Positions 1 through 12,640 of a DNA stretch of 64,000 bases are shown piece by piece. Below the pieces are notes generated by a model, which worked only from the letters and a program-made list of their open reading frames with translations, was not told the origin of the DNA and did not search any database. The DNA is taken from contig NC_068997.1 in NCBI RefSeq assembly GCF_001194135.2, positions 50,381,346-50,445,345 of the forward strand, in the 5' to 3' direction. This DNA is from Octopus bimaculoides (lineage: Eukaryota). The position numbers and the translations under genes were made by a program. Every line of letters begins with the position of its first letter. Position 1 is the first letter of the stretch.

Positions 1-1660
1 AACTCTTAGAAACTGTTCTGTCCAGTGACTTTTTAGCAAGTAAAACTGTTATTTGTTGGAATATGTGGAGGCATTGTTATGTGGAAGTTTTTTGACAAGA
101 GCTTCTCACAGTTAATTCTTTCCAGGGAGTGCCGTGGGTGAGACTCAGGTTCATTTTGGATCACAATAAACAGCTATGGACGGTAGTAACTGGTCATAGC
201 TTGGATGTATTATTGATACCTGTCTACTTTGATTTCTCTCACTGAGACTCACATGTTTTTTTAATCTTTTATTGAGACTTACTGTTTGTTTGTTTTTTTT
301 TCTTGCTTGTATTCTCCCTACCTCAAGGTAATCCTACAAATATCCAGTGTGACACCTGACTCAGTTACTTGGGTAAAAAAAAATTTCCTATTACATATAT
401 TCCTGTTTTTATATCCATCAATCTTGGTTGGTTTTTGAGTGAATTATTCATTATCATGCACACATGTATATCATGACTCATATACTGTTCACTTTCCTGA
501 ATTTTGTACATAATTCTATGTACTGTACATGCACCTTTGATGAGATGTAGTGCACCTGAGTATAATACACCATAATTTCATTATCGTTATTTATCATCAT
601 CCTCATTTTAACCTTTTAACATTCCGATTACTCTCTCAAATGTAATGCTTCTTTATTCAGTTTTAAATTAATCATGCATTATCTTGTAGGTTCGAGATTT
701 CAATGATGTGATTGTTTATTTTTAGAATGACATTGTAGGGTAGGTGTACGAGACCAGATAAGGCTGATTTCAATCCAGAAGTGTTAAGGTCCAGTTCTTT
801 CTCTCATGGGTCAGGCAGAATTTGCAGACCACCCTGTCAGGTGATGAGCCGGTTCTCAGGTAGACTTGATTGTGTACTTCACAAGTTTGCTCTCATAACC
901 AAGTGGTTTCTTTTACTGTAACATTGAATTACCCAATGCCGGGTAAGGAAAACTGGATTGCTGGGAACTTTAAGGAAGCCTGTTAGGTACATACATACAT
1001 ACAAAAATGGGTCTGGTAAGAAGCTTGCTTCCCAATCTCATTCTGGGTTCAATCACTGCATGGCACCTTGGGATGACTGATGTCTTGTAAGTAGATTTAA
1101 TAGACAGAAACTAAGAGAAACCCATTGCAAATGCGTGTTTATTCCCACCACGTCTACTTGACAACTGGTGTGGATGTCTTAATGTCCCCATAACTTAGCA
1201 GTTCAGCAAACGACACTGATAGAATAAGTAGCAGACTTGTACGAAAACTACAGAATCTCGTGGCTACAGGAGGTGACGAATGTGGAAGAGTTGAAGATGA
1301 AGGAACCCTTAAACACATGGTCATGTTTGCAACAATCATAAAAGTCCACCATGGGGACACTGTCAACTGGTGTCTTCTACTACCATTATAGGTGGGTCGA
1401 TATTTTGTGAGAGAAATTTGATTGGTGGAAACTGGAAGAAGCCCTGTGTGTGTTTGTGTTTCCTCTTGTTGCTAATTGGTATCAAGTGTCAGTGTGATGC
1501 AAATGGCCAGGCATGTGGAACCATGTTCAGCCCTTCAGTTTGTGGTTAGAAAGAAATTGTTTGACAAATTTCGTCTGACCCATGCAAACCTGGAAGAGTC
1601 GAAAAATGATGATGTGTGTGTATTTATCTTTAATGACCTGTAACTTAGTTTCTTGAATAG

Positions 1661-1821
1661 AGGTGGATAAAGTAACTTTCTTTTCTAAGCACCAGTATGA
1701 TCAACTTAAACCCTTAAATGTGGTGCCCCAGCATGTCCATGGTCCAATGGCTGAGACCTGTTCAAAAATTGTTAAAACTATAATGAAGATTGGGAAAGAT
1801 TTCACAAATGATGTACTTGAG
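1661..1821 (+). CDS. Internal coding exon of an unidentified gene (upstream exons lie before the window)
   Basis: tcttgaatag|AG acceptor, GAG|gtatgt donor; open frame VDKVTFFSKHQYDQLKPLNVVPQHVHGPMAETCSKIVKTIMKIGKDFTNDVLE in unique non-repeat sequence; family not recognised. Confidence 0.65.
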
Positions 1822-2703
1822 GTATGTGTTTTTACGATTTTATATTTCACAAGCTGTCCAACTGACAACACCTTTTTACTCATAAATTAAAATAACTACA
1901 ATTTAAACTATCGTTACTATTGTGTTAACCTGTTTTCCATGCTTATTGAGGCAGATTTTCTTGGACTGGATGCCCTTCCTAGTGCCAATCCTCACTTTTT
2001 TAAGTTAGTATTTCCCTATAACCAAACATGCTTTTGCAGAATACTGGAAATGAATGACACTGCTTGTGTCATTCATTTCACACAGTGTGAAGATGAGGAG
2101 ACAAGCATGCATACATACACAAATATTGCAGGCTTCATTCAGTTTCCAGCTGGTTGTCCTGGATCAGATCGGTTTTCATTTATCATAAACAAATTTCATA
2201 CTCGAGATCTTTGGCAATATACAGCAAGATATATAAGCAAGACTGTAGTCATGGCCGATGTTGCTGTCAGGTCAATGACAGCCATGCCAGTGGCACATAA
2301 AAATCGCCCACAACACTTCTGGAGTGGTTGGCGTTAGGAAGGGCATCCAGCCGTAGAAACCTTGCCAAATCAGATTATGGAACCTGGAACAGCTTAACAG
2401 TTTTCATTCAAACCGTCCAACCCATGCCAGCATGGAAAACGTGTTAAATGATGATGATACTAAAATATCTAATTTGAGACAAGAAAATTTTTTATTTATT
2501 TAACTCTATAGCATTCAAACTGGCCAGATCTGGCCCCTTACACCAGACCTGCATTATCATTGAAATAATTCACCTCATACAATCTGTCAGAGTTAAAATA
2601 ATGCATGATTAATTTAAGACTGAATAAATAAGTCTTACTTTTGACAAAATAAGGTGAATGCTAAAGGGTTAAAACATTTTATTCAAACTTACAATATTTG
2701 CAG

Positions 2704-2763
2704 ATTCAATGGAGATTTTCTAAAGCAGTTTTATATCCTAAGTTCAGGGTGTGCATCAGGCAG
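2704..2763 (+). CDS. Next coding exon (60 nt, phase 0-0) of the same unidentified gene
   Basis: cttac branch-like motif, atttgcag| acceptor, CAG|gtttgt donor; continues the frame of 1661-1821 as IQWRFSKAVLYPKFRVCIRQ. Confidence 0.55.
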
Positions 2764-2918
2764 GTTTGTACTAAGAGGGTTGGTAATGCTTTTTATCTAC
2801 TAGGTGGAGTGGTGTGGGTTTGTTATTTCATAACCAATTAATAACTGTGTGATTAAATATTATAAAATCAATTTTAAGTCTTCACAGTAAGAAAACTGAC
2901 AGAATATATGGAGTGTAG

Positions 2919-3059
2919 GTATATGTGTATTGCAGATGCTCAGCACGTCTCCAGTTGATTGATGTTGAATCAATTAAAAGAGTAAAGACTATTGCAAAGT
3001 ATAAGAATAGCAGCAATTTAACGAAATCTGCCCCAAAGCATAAAAATTCACAAAAATGA
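2919..3059 (+). CDS. Probable terminal coding exon of the unidentified gene (acceptor uncertain)
   Basis: From tag| at 2918 the frame reads VYVYCRCSARLQLIDVESIKRVKTIAKYKNSSNLTKSAPKHKNSQK-stop. The alternative acceptor tgcag| at 2935 gives MLSTSPVD-stop (2936-2962). Both polypyrimidine tracts are weak. Confidence 0.35.
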   Translation, partial: VYVYCRCSARLQLIDVESIKRVKTIAKYKNSSNLTKSAPKHKNSQK

Positions 3060-3689
3060 CGACGACATGGGTTAGCTCCCAGGCTCTGCTCATTATTTCG
3101 TCAACTTGGTCCTACCCATTAATATAGATTTTAAATTTTTGAAAATGTCGAAATTTCACGAAAAATGTTTCATGGCTATAAACAGACATCTTATTAATGG
3201 TAATTTATTACCAGGTACCTCGGCTAGTTCTACATATAAGAGATTTGGGTATGTCTGGGGTGAGATGGGGGCTTAGTGAAGGAGTGTTAATGAATCATAG
3301 CGAACGGTAAAAACAAGGTGATTGAGGGTGGAGCTGGGAGGTGGTGGGGTGCTTAAGGAGTGTTTTATGAAGGGCTTGCGAAAAGTGTCCTGTTGGCTCC
3401 ATTTGAATAGTGGACCTATGGTGGAAAATAGAATGGTCAGATGTTTTTCAAATTCACTTATGACTGAATTAATCTTGATTTTATAATGAGAAGCTTCAGT
3501 AATTTTCTATGTTAAAGCTGAGTTTAGGTGTGTTAATGGGGTGTAAGATACATGTCTTTTGATAAAAAGGGGATGATAGCAGAGGAGATAGAAAAAAACA
3601 AGGTTAAACTGGGAATGTTTGTTGATTATTTTTTTATATTTATATCTTGGTTTGGATGGAAAGAGGTCATGCTAGCTCACATATTTACT

Positions 3690-3920
3690 TCCCAACATAT
3701 AAACAAACAAAAACTATACATACAAGCTTATATACTAACATCCCACACAACTTAAGAATAGAAGCCATTGACTTCTGGATTACAAAAACACCCAGACTCC
3801 ATTTCAGAGAGATTCCTGAAAGAGTTTATTTTGGAAGGGCTCAAATTAATATTGAAGAGCAACTACTTCCTCTTTGATAACGAACTATACTTACAAATAC
3901 CAGAGTAGCCCCAACATATG
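3690..3920 (+). mobile_element. Penelope-like element reverse transcriptase fragment (degenerate)
   Basis: SLYTNIPH motif, then FILEGLKLILKSNYFLFDNELYLQI and VAPTY; frameshifted, with an internal deletion. Confidence 0.7.
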
Positions 3921-4429
3921 TAAGACAATTGCTTCATCTTCTGGGATAGAAAGAAACCAAGAAGACCTGCAAAGATTCCATTCCATTATAAACAGGCTTC
4001 ATAAAGCAATATAATTTACCATGGAGTGTAATAGAAAGGAACTACCATTTCTGGATATCCTTATTAAAGAAGGGGAAAATATCGAAACAGACCTATTTTA
4101 CAAACTGACGGAAACACACCAATACTTAAATTTCTGACGTTGGTTTGTTTACTTCCCCATTTTATAGCCGTTCGAGCGAACTTTTCAAGCCGCTGCTCCA
4201 GTATGGCTGCAGTCCAATGACCGAAACAAGTAACAGTTAATATACTGTACCTCCCGAGCCACAGGAGTGTGGTATGTGAGTCGGGATGAAATGTGCCACT
4301 GATTGCTCTCTGGCATATAACAGCAGCAATGAAGTTCAAACGCCATGTTGGTAAGGATGGGAGCTGTCGTTGGGACGGAGGAAGATGGGAATAGGTTTAT
4401 CAGATCAAATAAGTTGAATCAGATTGGTA

Positions 4430-4720
4430 GGCTGTGTGGTAAGTAGCTTGCTTACCAACCACATGGTTCCGGGTTCAGTCCCACTGCGTGGCACCTTGGG
4501 CAAGTGTCTTCTACTATAGCCTCCGTGTTTGTCTCCCCCCACCATCGCTTGACAACCGATGCTGGTGTGTTTACGTCCCCGTAACTTAGCGGTTCGGCAA
4601 AAAGAGACCGATAGAATAAGTACTAGGCTTACAAAAGAATAAGTCCTGGGGTCGATTTGCTCGACTAAAAGGCAGTGCTCCAGCATGGCCACAGTCAAAT
4701 GACTGAAACAAGTAAAAGAG
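4430..4720 (+). mobile_element. SINE family B with internal deletion
   Basis: Colinear with 33162-33557 except for the missing middle segment. Confidence 0.88.
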
Positions 4721-6209
4721 TAACTGTCCGAGTAAGGAGACCTAATGACGACGTGGTGTTTGCATAAACTTGTCTTTAAAGGAACAAAGTGTAAATAGAC
4801 GTAATATAGATTAAAATGTCTTCCGTTGTCCTAAGGTCAACAGTAATTTGTAAACAACTTCGCTTTTTCTACTGAGTGCTTTACAGCTTCTTAAACTAAC
4901 AGCATAAATAGCTTTATCATAAAGGGAGATTACCCGAAACTATTGGACTTATCTCCCTTGAATCTCTCAAAACTGTAAATTGCTATTTCAGTTTTATATT
5001 TGTCAATTGATCAGTCGCCTTTTGTGACCTTATCAATGATATGCCCTCTCTACCTCAGGTGACAGACGAACCTAGTTGATTAGGAGATTAATAATAATAA
5101 AAGAAATGAAATAGAACGAGTTTGTGTATCTATTATAATCATTCTTCCAAGATACTACCAAACAGATATCATCTTCATCGTTTTTAACATCCATTTTCTA
5201 TGGCTAGATGCCCTTCCTGTCGCTAAACCTCACCCGTTTCCAAACGAGATAATATTTCCCCATAGCCAGACATACTGGAAATGAATGACGTTCATTTAAA
5301 ACAAGGTCAAGACAAAGACTTGCCCAATGTGCCACACACGGGCACTGAACTTGAAACCATATGGTGAGGAGCAAACTTCTTAACCACACAGAACCACATA
5401 ATAAATAATAATAATAATAATAATAAATGAAGCAGATTTATATATATCATCATCTTTTATCTGTTTTCCATGCTGGCAGGTGCAGCCCACCCCAACCTTG
5501 GGGCTGGCTGGTGCCCATTCTCCTTTGCTATCATGAGGATTTTTTGGAGCTGGATTTTCTATGGGGAGCATGATTTTTGCTTACCCCCAACCTCAGTTTC
5601 TAGACATGAGTGGTCCCAAGACCAGGATCTCTACCACGGTTTTTAAGAAATGTGGTGGAAAACTTAGCTCAGGAAGGCAGGGATGCTATTCTCTGAGACC
5701 CCTTTCAGGGAACCCCTACCATTGTTTTTAATTAATCAGGTATAATTTCATAGCTTAGAGATTCTGATGACGTGCTTATATATTTTTAGAATGACATTGT
5801 AGGATCTGTGTGAAAGGCAGGATCTGACTGGTTCAATATCTAGGCTGGATATGATCAGTTTAAATGCTAAAGGGTTAAAGAACCAGTTTTCTTCTGCCCT
5901 CCAGACGCCTCTAAATTGTTGTTTGTTCAAGCCTAGAACGTTGTTTATCATCATCATCATCATCGTTTAACGTCCGCTTTCCATGCTAGCATGGGTTGGA
6001 CGATTTGACTGAGGACTGGTGAAACCAGATGGCTAACCATGGCCCATATTAGAATTGATTACAGGTCAGTTCACTGTGAGGAAAGTTTACTGAGAAAATA
6101 TATCCAAAGTATCTCACCATTAATAGTTAAAAATTATTTTATTGATAAAAAATTGTTAACTTTCCCTGTGGTGAATCGATGACGGTGAACTTATCTGAGA
6201 TATATGTGC

Positions 6210-6273
<64 letters not shown>

Positions 6274-6281
6274 ATATATCA

Positions 6282-6625
6282 TGGCACTCTGTCAGTTACG
6301 ACAATGAGGGTTCCAGTTGATCCAATCAACGGAATAGCCTGCTCATGAAATTAACGTGCAAGTGGCTGAGCACTCCACAGACACGTGTAGCCTTAATGTA
6401 GTTCTTGGGGAGATTCAGTGTGACAAGGCTGGCCCTTTGAATTACCGGTACAACAGAATCAGGATGAAAGTTGTGGTGAAAAAGTACAGCAGGGGTCACC
6501 ACCCCCCCCTGCTGGAGCCTCGTGGAGCTTTAGGTGTTTTTGCTGAGTAAACACTCACAACACCCAGTCTGAGAATCGAAATCACAATCCTACGACCATG
6601 AGTCTACTGCCCTAACTGCCAGGCC
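6282..6625 (-). mobile_element. SINE family A, internally deleted
   Basis: Reverse-complement similarity to family A. Confidence 0.8.
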
Positions 6626-7503
6626 TTTTCACCTCCTAGATATATATATATATATATATATATATCAAAATAAGCAACAAGGATATCCAAAGTTAATGCA
6701 GTACGATCGTTTCATGCAACTCCATTTATTTAAGCAATGTGAGCATTACATTAAATGTAAAATGCAGAGCAATCCTCAGCTGCAGAAAGATATAGAAATT
6801 TACTGAAATTATATTTAAACAGAAGGACATTTTTATAACTACATTTAAACTCTCCAAGTAGAAAGGAAGAATACAAAAGACCATTTTGACTTAACTAGAC
6901 CATACAGGCTAGTAATTAATTCTAAGCAGATTTTTTACTGTCACTGATTTTCTTTTTTTTTTTTGTTTTTGATTTATGGATCATCTTATCAGACCTAGGG
7001 ATTCAAAGCTTAAGAGGGCACCAGCATTTTATTTATAGGAAAAGGGAAAGGGGTAAACAATACACATGGATGATACGGTTATAAAATTTTTGGGGATTTG
7101 GTGACAAACTACTATAGGTGGGGGGGTTTCTCTACTAGTAGACCAGTTTATAATGGAGCAGGGGAAGTTTTAACATAAGGCACCTAGGTCGAAAGTATAT
7201 AAAATAAAGTTGCTATATTGTGTACAGATATAGTAAATGTTTATTCATAGGTTTCATTAATCAGTATTGTTTTACATATGCTAAATTTGAAATACTTGAG
7301 ATACCAATATTTGCTTAGCGCCTCTAATGATAATGTGAATTATGGGTCTAGTTCATACATGGAAATAGAAAATATTAGTATGCCTGATGCTGTGGGAATG
7401 ATTCTATCTGATAGCACGATGGAAATGGAGTTGGATAGCAACCGAAGCGATCATAAGCAGCCTGATAGTAGAATTAATAATAGCGGAAATAATATCAATG
7501 TGC

Positions 7504-8173
7504 AAAGTTCACCTACTTCGACAGAATCTCATTATTGATGCATCTCAACTGGATTTAAAACAGGGCAACGCGAAAAACAGCAATAATAATAATGATGATA
7601 ATAGCAAAAATGAACAAAAGAAACCCCAAAGCAAAACAAAACCACGCCTGCAGAACAAGAATGCACTTTAGAGACCTTATTCACATCGTGATTAGAAAGG
7701 TGTGTGGAAGCATAGGTTGGAATGCTGCTCTCAACTGGATTTCGTAGTCTCTATTCACACAGCAAAAAAAGAAGGCTAACTTGTTTCTGCTTTCCTTTCT
7801 GTCTTCTACCCAACTCCTTGTAAGGTAAAAGCAGGATCAGCGTTCTGTCAGGAGAACAATTTTCATTCAAACTCTGACCACCAACAACATCAAGAGACTC
7901 TGGCAGATGCCATCAACCATGGTTGTCCTCTTGACTTTCTTTCTTCTCATTCTGGCTTCAGCAGGTAAGACAAAGCTTCTTCTTCTTCTTTATTTAATAA
8001 GTGGTCTTTTGTTGCCCTACTTTCTTTTCCACTAGAAGTTGATTGTTACTTACCAGGTGATTATATAACTTTTCTGCNNNNNNNNNNTTCTGCCAAGCGA
8101 CCAATCGAAAGTGTCCTCATAAGTGGTAAACAAGTCATAAAAATTTGATAACAATTTACTTTGCAAGGGGTCC
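7504..8173 (+). repeat. Local duplication, copy A (paralogous to 10708-11427)
   Basis: Colinear alignment by eye over about 670-720 nt, including the leader exon and the adjacent Dong RT fragment. Confidence 0.9.
7919..7964 (+). CDS. Duplicate signal-peptide (leader) exon A of the Ly6/uPAR gene
   Basis: caaccATGG context; MVVLLTFFLLILASA+G; CAG|gtaaga phase-1 donor; upstream CTAAC (7776-7780), pyrimidine tract and AG at 7823-7824; two substitutions versus 11168-11213. Confidence 0.6.
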
Positions 8174-8745
8174 ATTTCTTATATTCTTCCTGTACCAACT
8201 TGGGGCATTCTGTCACAATGTGTGTGCTACTGTCTCATTCCATCATTCCAAGTTCCACAAGCTCTACATTTTTTCTGGCATATTCTCTCCATATATATTT
8301 TTTCTCAAATTGTTTGTTTTTATCGCTTGGTCTTGGGCTGCTTCAATCAGACTCTGTTTCTTTTTATAATTGTCCCTTTTTTTAACCAAGCCCAGGATTT
8401 TGTTCCACATACGTCTTCAGTGGCTCTCCAAAACTGACCATGCAGAGATTTCTCTTCGTTCTGTCTGACGTGCTCACTTTGTATTCCTTCTTCTCCTTTT
8501 CTCCTATTAGGCTCTTCATCACCTGTTCTTTAACAACCTACACACATTCTTCTACTGCTATTAAGCCTCTTCCACCCTGGTCTCTCCTCAAGTACAACCT
8601 GTTGGTATCAGCTTTCGGATAGTAGGCTCAATGCATCATCAACAACTTGCTAGTTTTTCTGTCAAGTTTCTGGTCGTCTATAATTCCAACTCCATATCTG
8701 ATTAAGGGTACTGCTCTTGAATTTATTACTTCAATGAGATTTTTG
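7985..8745 (-). mobile_element. R4/Dong-clade non-LTR retrotransposon fragments (post-RT/CCHC region joined to RT start)
   Basis: Degenerate NSRAVPLIRYGVGII, KADTNRLYLRRDQGGRGLIAVEEC and a CRACG-type knuckle, joined at gacccc to TCLPLMRTL...TKDHLLNK. Confidence 0.75.
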
Positions 8746-9971
8746 GAATATCATTTTTATTGAGTGAGAGAGCAGTGCATGCCATCAATATGACACCGGA
8801 GTAAAATATACAAAGCCCAGTACACCCATCATCACTACCATATGTGAGTGACATGGTGATCTCATATCAAGATAAGCAGTGCATGACCTTGCAGGTGGGG
8901 CCCTATTGTTATTGTTATTATTATTATTAGCAATATTTTGACTGTCTTTACATTCTGAGTTCAAATTCCACTGAGGTTGACTTTGCCTTTTATCCTTTCA
9001 GGGTCGATTAAATAAGTACCAGTTACACACTAGGGTCAATGTAATCCGTTTAATCCCTTTGCCTGTCCTCTATTTTAGCCCCCTGTGGGCAATAAAGAAA
9101 TAAATTATTATTGTTATTATCATCATTATTATTATTAGAAACAAAAAAAAAAAGAGGAGTGACATTCTTATCAAGTGAAAGATATTTCAACAGGTTCAAA
9201 AAATAAACCTGTCAATCAACTTCATTTTGGTATTATTTATAGAATTGAGGTCACTCCTCCAGAAAGTATAGAAGCAACGGCACTCTTCTTTTTTTTTTTT
9301 TCCCCTTCTATATTTCCTGGAAGAGTAAGCTCAATCCTATAACTATTAACCAAAATTAAGTAGGTTGACAGGTTCATTGTTTTGAACCTGTGGAAGACAC
9401 ACGAAATGTCGAAATATTGTTCACTTGATAACAATGGCACTCTTTTTTTTTTTTTCTTTTTTTGCTTCTATACTTTCTGGAGGAGTAACCTCAATCCTAT
9501 AAATATTATTATTATTATTATTATTGAGGTGTTAGCAATAGAATGGTAGCATTATAGCAGATAATGGTATAAATGGTAGATTACCATAAATTGTACTCCT
9601 GGAAGAGTACTAGACTGTACTCACTAGATAGAATACATGTACTTGACCATCTTCATGCACTTGATAATTCTACTCAGTTTTACAGTGCGTACATATTTCT
9701 CTAATGGTCAGAGGCAGCAATTATTGTGTTAGGCAGTCCGGATCAAACTGACCTGTGACCGGCTACCTCCTAGACACAAACAATGCAGGAAATTCTACCA
9801 AGTTGCTTGATTTATAAGAAATGACAGCCAAATTTACTCTAATTACACCCTACCATTGTTTAACAGTCATCACATAACTAAATGACTGTTGTTTAATCCA
9901 GATCATGTACAGTCTAGCAGAACTATAAAACATTTGAAAAGACCATCCTGTCTTTGATTTTTTCCTCAGCA

Positions 9972-10345
9972 TAGGCGCAGGAGTGGCTGTGTGGCAAGTA
10001 GCTTGCTTACCAACCACATGGTTCTGGGTCCAGTCCCACTGTGTGGTACCTTGGGCAAGTGTCTTCTATAGCCTCGGGCCAACCAAAGCCCTGTGAGTGG
10101 ATTTGGTAGATGGAAACTGAAAGAAGCCCGTTCTATATGTGTGTGTGTGTCTGTGTTTGTCCCCCCAACATCGCTTGATAACCAATGCTGGTGTGTTTAC
10201 ATCCCCGTCACTTAGCGGTTCGGCTAGAGGAACTGATAGAATAAATACCGGGCTTACAAAGAATAAGTCCTGGGGTTGATTTGATTGACTAAAGATGGTG
10301 CTCCAGCATGGCTGCAGTCAAATGACTGAAACAAATAAAAGAATA
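9972..10345 (+). mobile_element. SINE family B
   Basis: Colinear with 33162-33557. Confidence 0.88.
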
Positions 10346-10564
10346 ATGTATCTAGCACTACATTAACCCATCTGTCCTTCCTTTCTTAAAGCAGGAAAGT
10401 GTGGTTTGAGGGATGCTTGACTGCTATTTCAAGCAGAGTCAGCAACCACATAGAAATAGCTTTGTTGGCTCTCTAATTTAATCGTAGTCTTTGTTGTTGT
10501 GGTCAGTTTATTTTGTAGTCTGAGCTGGTGCTTCCAAATCATACAAATGACAAATTGGTCAGAT

Positions 10565-10664
10565 NNNNNNNNNNNNNNNNNNNNNNNNNNNNNNNNNNNN
10601 NNNNNNNNNNNNNNNNNNNNNNNNNNNNNNNNNNNNNNNNNNNNNNNNNNNNNNNNNNNNNNNN
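10565..10664. other. Assembly gap of exactly 100 N (usually means unknown size) inside the Ly6 locus
   Basis: Direct count; other gaps include 25839-26155, 40249-41073, 43986-44279, 52644-53083 and 62202-62461. Confidence 0.95.
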
Positions 10665-10707
10665 TATTTCATTTATTTTATTCGTTTTATGTGAATCATT
10701 TTTCTGA

Positions 10708-11427
10708 AAAGTTCACCTACTTCAACAGAATCTCTTTATTGATTCATCTGAACTGGATTTAAAACAAGGCAACAGGGAAAACAATAATAATAATAATAAT
10801 AGTAATGATAATAGCAAAAATAAATAAAGAAAAACAAAAGAAACCTGAAAGCAAAACAAATCCACGCCTGCAGAACAAGAATGCACTTCAGAGACCTTAT
10901 TCACATGGTGGTCAGACAGGTGTGTGGAAGCACAGGTTGGAATACTGCTCTCAACTGGATTTCTTAGTCTCTATTGACACAGTACTTGTCTGAAATGTAA
11001 ATAAATTTTTTTTAAAAAAGAAGGCTAACTTGTTTCTGCTTTCCTTTCTGTCTTCTTCCCAACTCCTTGTAAGGTAAAAGCAGGATCAGCATTCTGTCAG
11101 GAGAACAATTTTCATTCAAACTCTGACCACCAACAACATCAAGAGACTCTGGCAGGTACCATCAACCATGGTTGTCGTCTTGACTTTCCTTCTTCTCATT
11201 CTGGCTTCAGCAGGTAAGACAAAGCTTCTTCTTCTTCTTCTTCTTTATTTAATAAGTGGTCTTTTGTTGCCCTACTTTGCTTTCTGCATCCTTTCTTTTC
11301 CACTAGAAGTTGATTGTTACTTACCAGGTGGTTATATAACTTTTCTGCCAAGCGACCAATCGAAAGTGTCCTCATAAGTGGTAAACAAGTCACAAAAATT
11401 GATACCAATTTACTTTGTTAGGGGTCC
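10708..11427 (+). repeat. Local duplication, copy B (paralogous to 7504-8173)
   Basis: As for copy A; the shared block ends at ggggtcc in both copies. Confidence 0.9.
11168..11213 (+). CDS. Ly6/uPAR three-finger protein, coding exon 1 (signal peptide, leader B)
   Basis: caaccATGG; MVVVLTFLLLILASA+G; CAG|gtaaga phase-1 donor, in frame with 13668; upstream CTAAC 11025-11029 and AG 11072-11073. Confidence 0.8.
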
Positions 11428-12640
11428 CTGAGACATAACATTGTCCACTTGTCATGAAAGCAGCGACATGACCCTTCTGCAGGCATTCATCCATACGTGT
11501 AGTGATCCTTTTATGCAACTGTGTAAAATTCTTCAGCCAATAACCCTATACTCCACTTGGGCTGGGTTCTTTCCAATTTGCTATATTTTTTTAAACTCCA
11601 GTCTCACTAATTACATAAATTATGACGTCCTTTTTGTCTTGCTACAATTGCAAGTTGTCTCTTCACCTGTCTTGGCCAATTTGCACTTTATGTCTCACTG
11701 GCCTGTTCCAAAAGTTCTCCCTAAAACACTTTACTTTCTTGGGCATCAGGAATCAGTTCCTGACGTTTTCTCCCTTTCTATATCCTCAAAAAAACATCTA
11801 TTTTACAGAAACAATCCATTCCGTTCAAGACCTTTGTATCTAGCATCATATCTTTTCAGTTTGGCCTTTAATGCTGACACCCTTTGTGACAATTCTTCAT
11901 GTACTGTTTGTTTCCCCCTTTCTTCTAACCTGTACTGCCTATTCAATTTTCTGATTATTATCTCATTCTTGAGCTCTCCTCTCATTATCCTATTCAATTG
12001 TCCCAGTTCTTTCTGTGTCTTTTCCAACTTCATTCATATTCTCTTCCTCCAGTTTGGTTCGTTCTTTTCATTCCCCTCCTTTTCTTCAACAGTCTTCCAC
12101 TTGTATTCTATTATTTCAGCTACAATATTAACCACGGTTCCTCTCACTAATATCCACTATTTTAACCAAACTCAAAATGTCATTTATTTTGCTATGGCTC
12201 TCTTTACTTTTCCTCTGTCCTTATATTTGACATTTCATGGTACTTCATTGCTCTCATCACATATTTTACCTTGCAGTATTTCTAGAAACTCCTCTTCACC
12301 ATTTAAGTAATGTGCAACGTTTACTGCCTCTTGTCCAACTAGATCATCTTCTCTCTTCTCTATCTTCATCAACATTCTCAGGCATATAATGATTTCCTTG
12401 TTTTTCATTGTCTTTATCTCTTACCCCTTCATTACTATTTTCTGCCGCTGTTGTTTCACACTCTTCTTGTTCATTTTAATTCTTCTCCGAATTTCACCAA
12501 CCTCTAATCCTGTAATCAAAGCACTTATATGAATTTCCCTTGTTTGGTCAATCAATTGCTGGGAAGAAGCTTCAAAGACGCCCTTTTGATCTCAATATTT
12601 CTTTTCATTCATTACATGAAACCGTTTTTCAATCTTAAAT
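11235..12640 (-). mobile_element. R4/Dong-clade retrotransposon fragment (N-terminal region to start of RT)
   Basis: KLNRQYRLEERGKQTVHEELSQRVSALKAKLKRYDARYKGLERNGLF and TCLPLMRTLSIGRLAEKLYNHL...KGCRKQSRATKDHLLNK; many stops. Confidence 0.8.

Noticed and set aside
7278-7538. 86-aa Ser/Asn-rich ORF upstream of leader A
   Set aside because: No splice or homology support, low complexity, and mostly outside the duplicated block
9385-9445. Hammerhead-like fold (ctgtgga-agac...gtc-gaaa-tattgtt...aacaatg-gc)
   Set aside because: Helices II and III form, but the core has CUGUGGA instead of CUGANGA, GGC instead of an NUH triplet, and no helix I
9686-9740. Acceptor-like ttttacag| as a possible exon 2 for leader A
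   Set aside because: It stops after 15 codons in the required phase and has no similarity to the Cys-rich exon 2
11441-12310. Longest gap-free ORF in the track (289 aa, plus strand)
   Set aside because: It is the antisense shadow of the purine-rich Dong fragment on the minus strand, with low-complexity F/S/L composition
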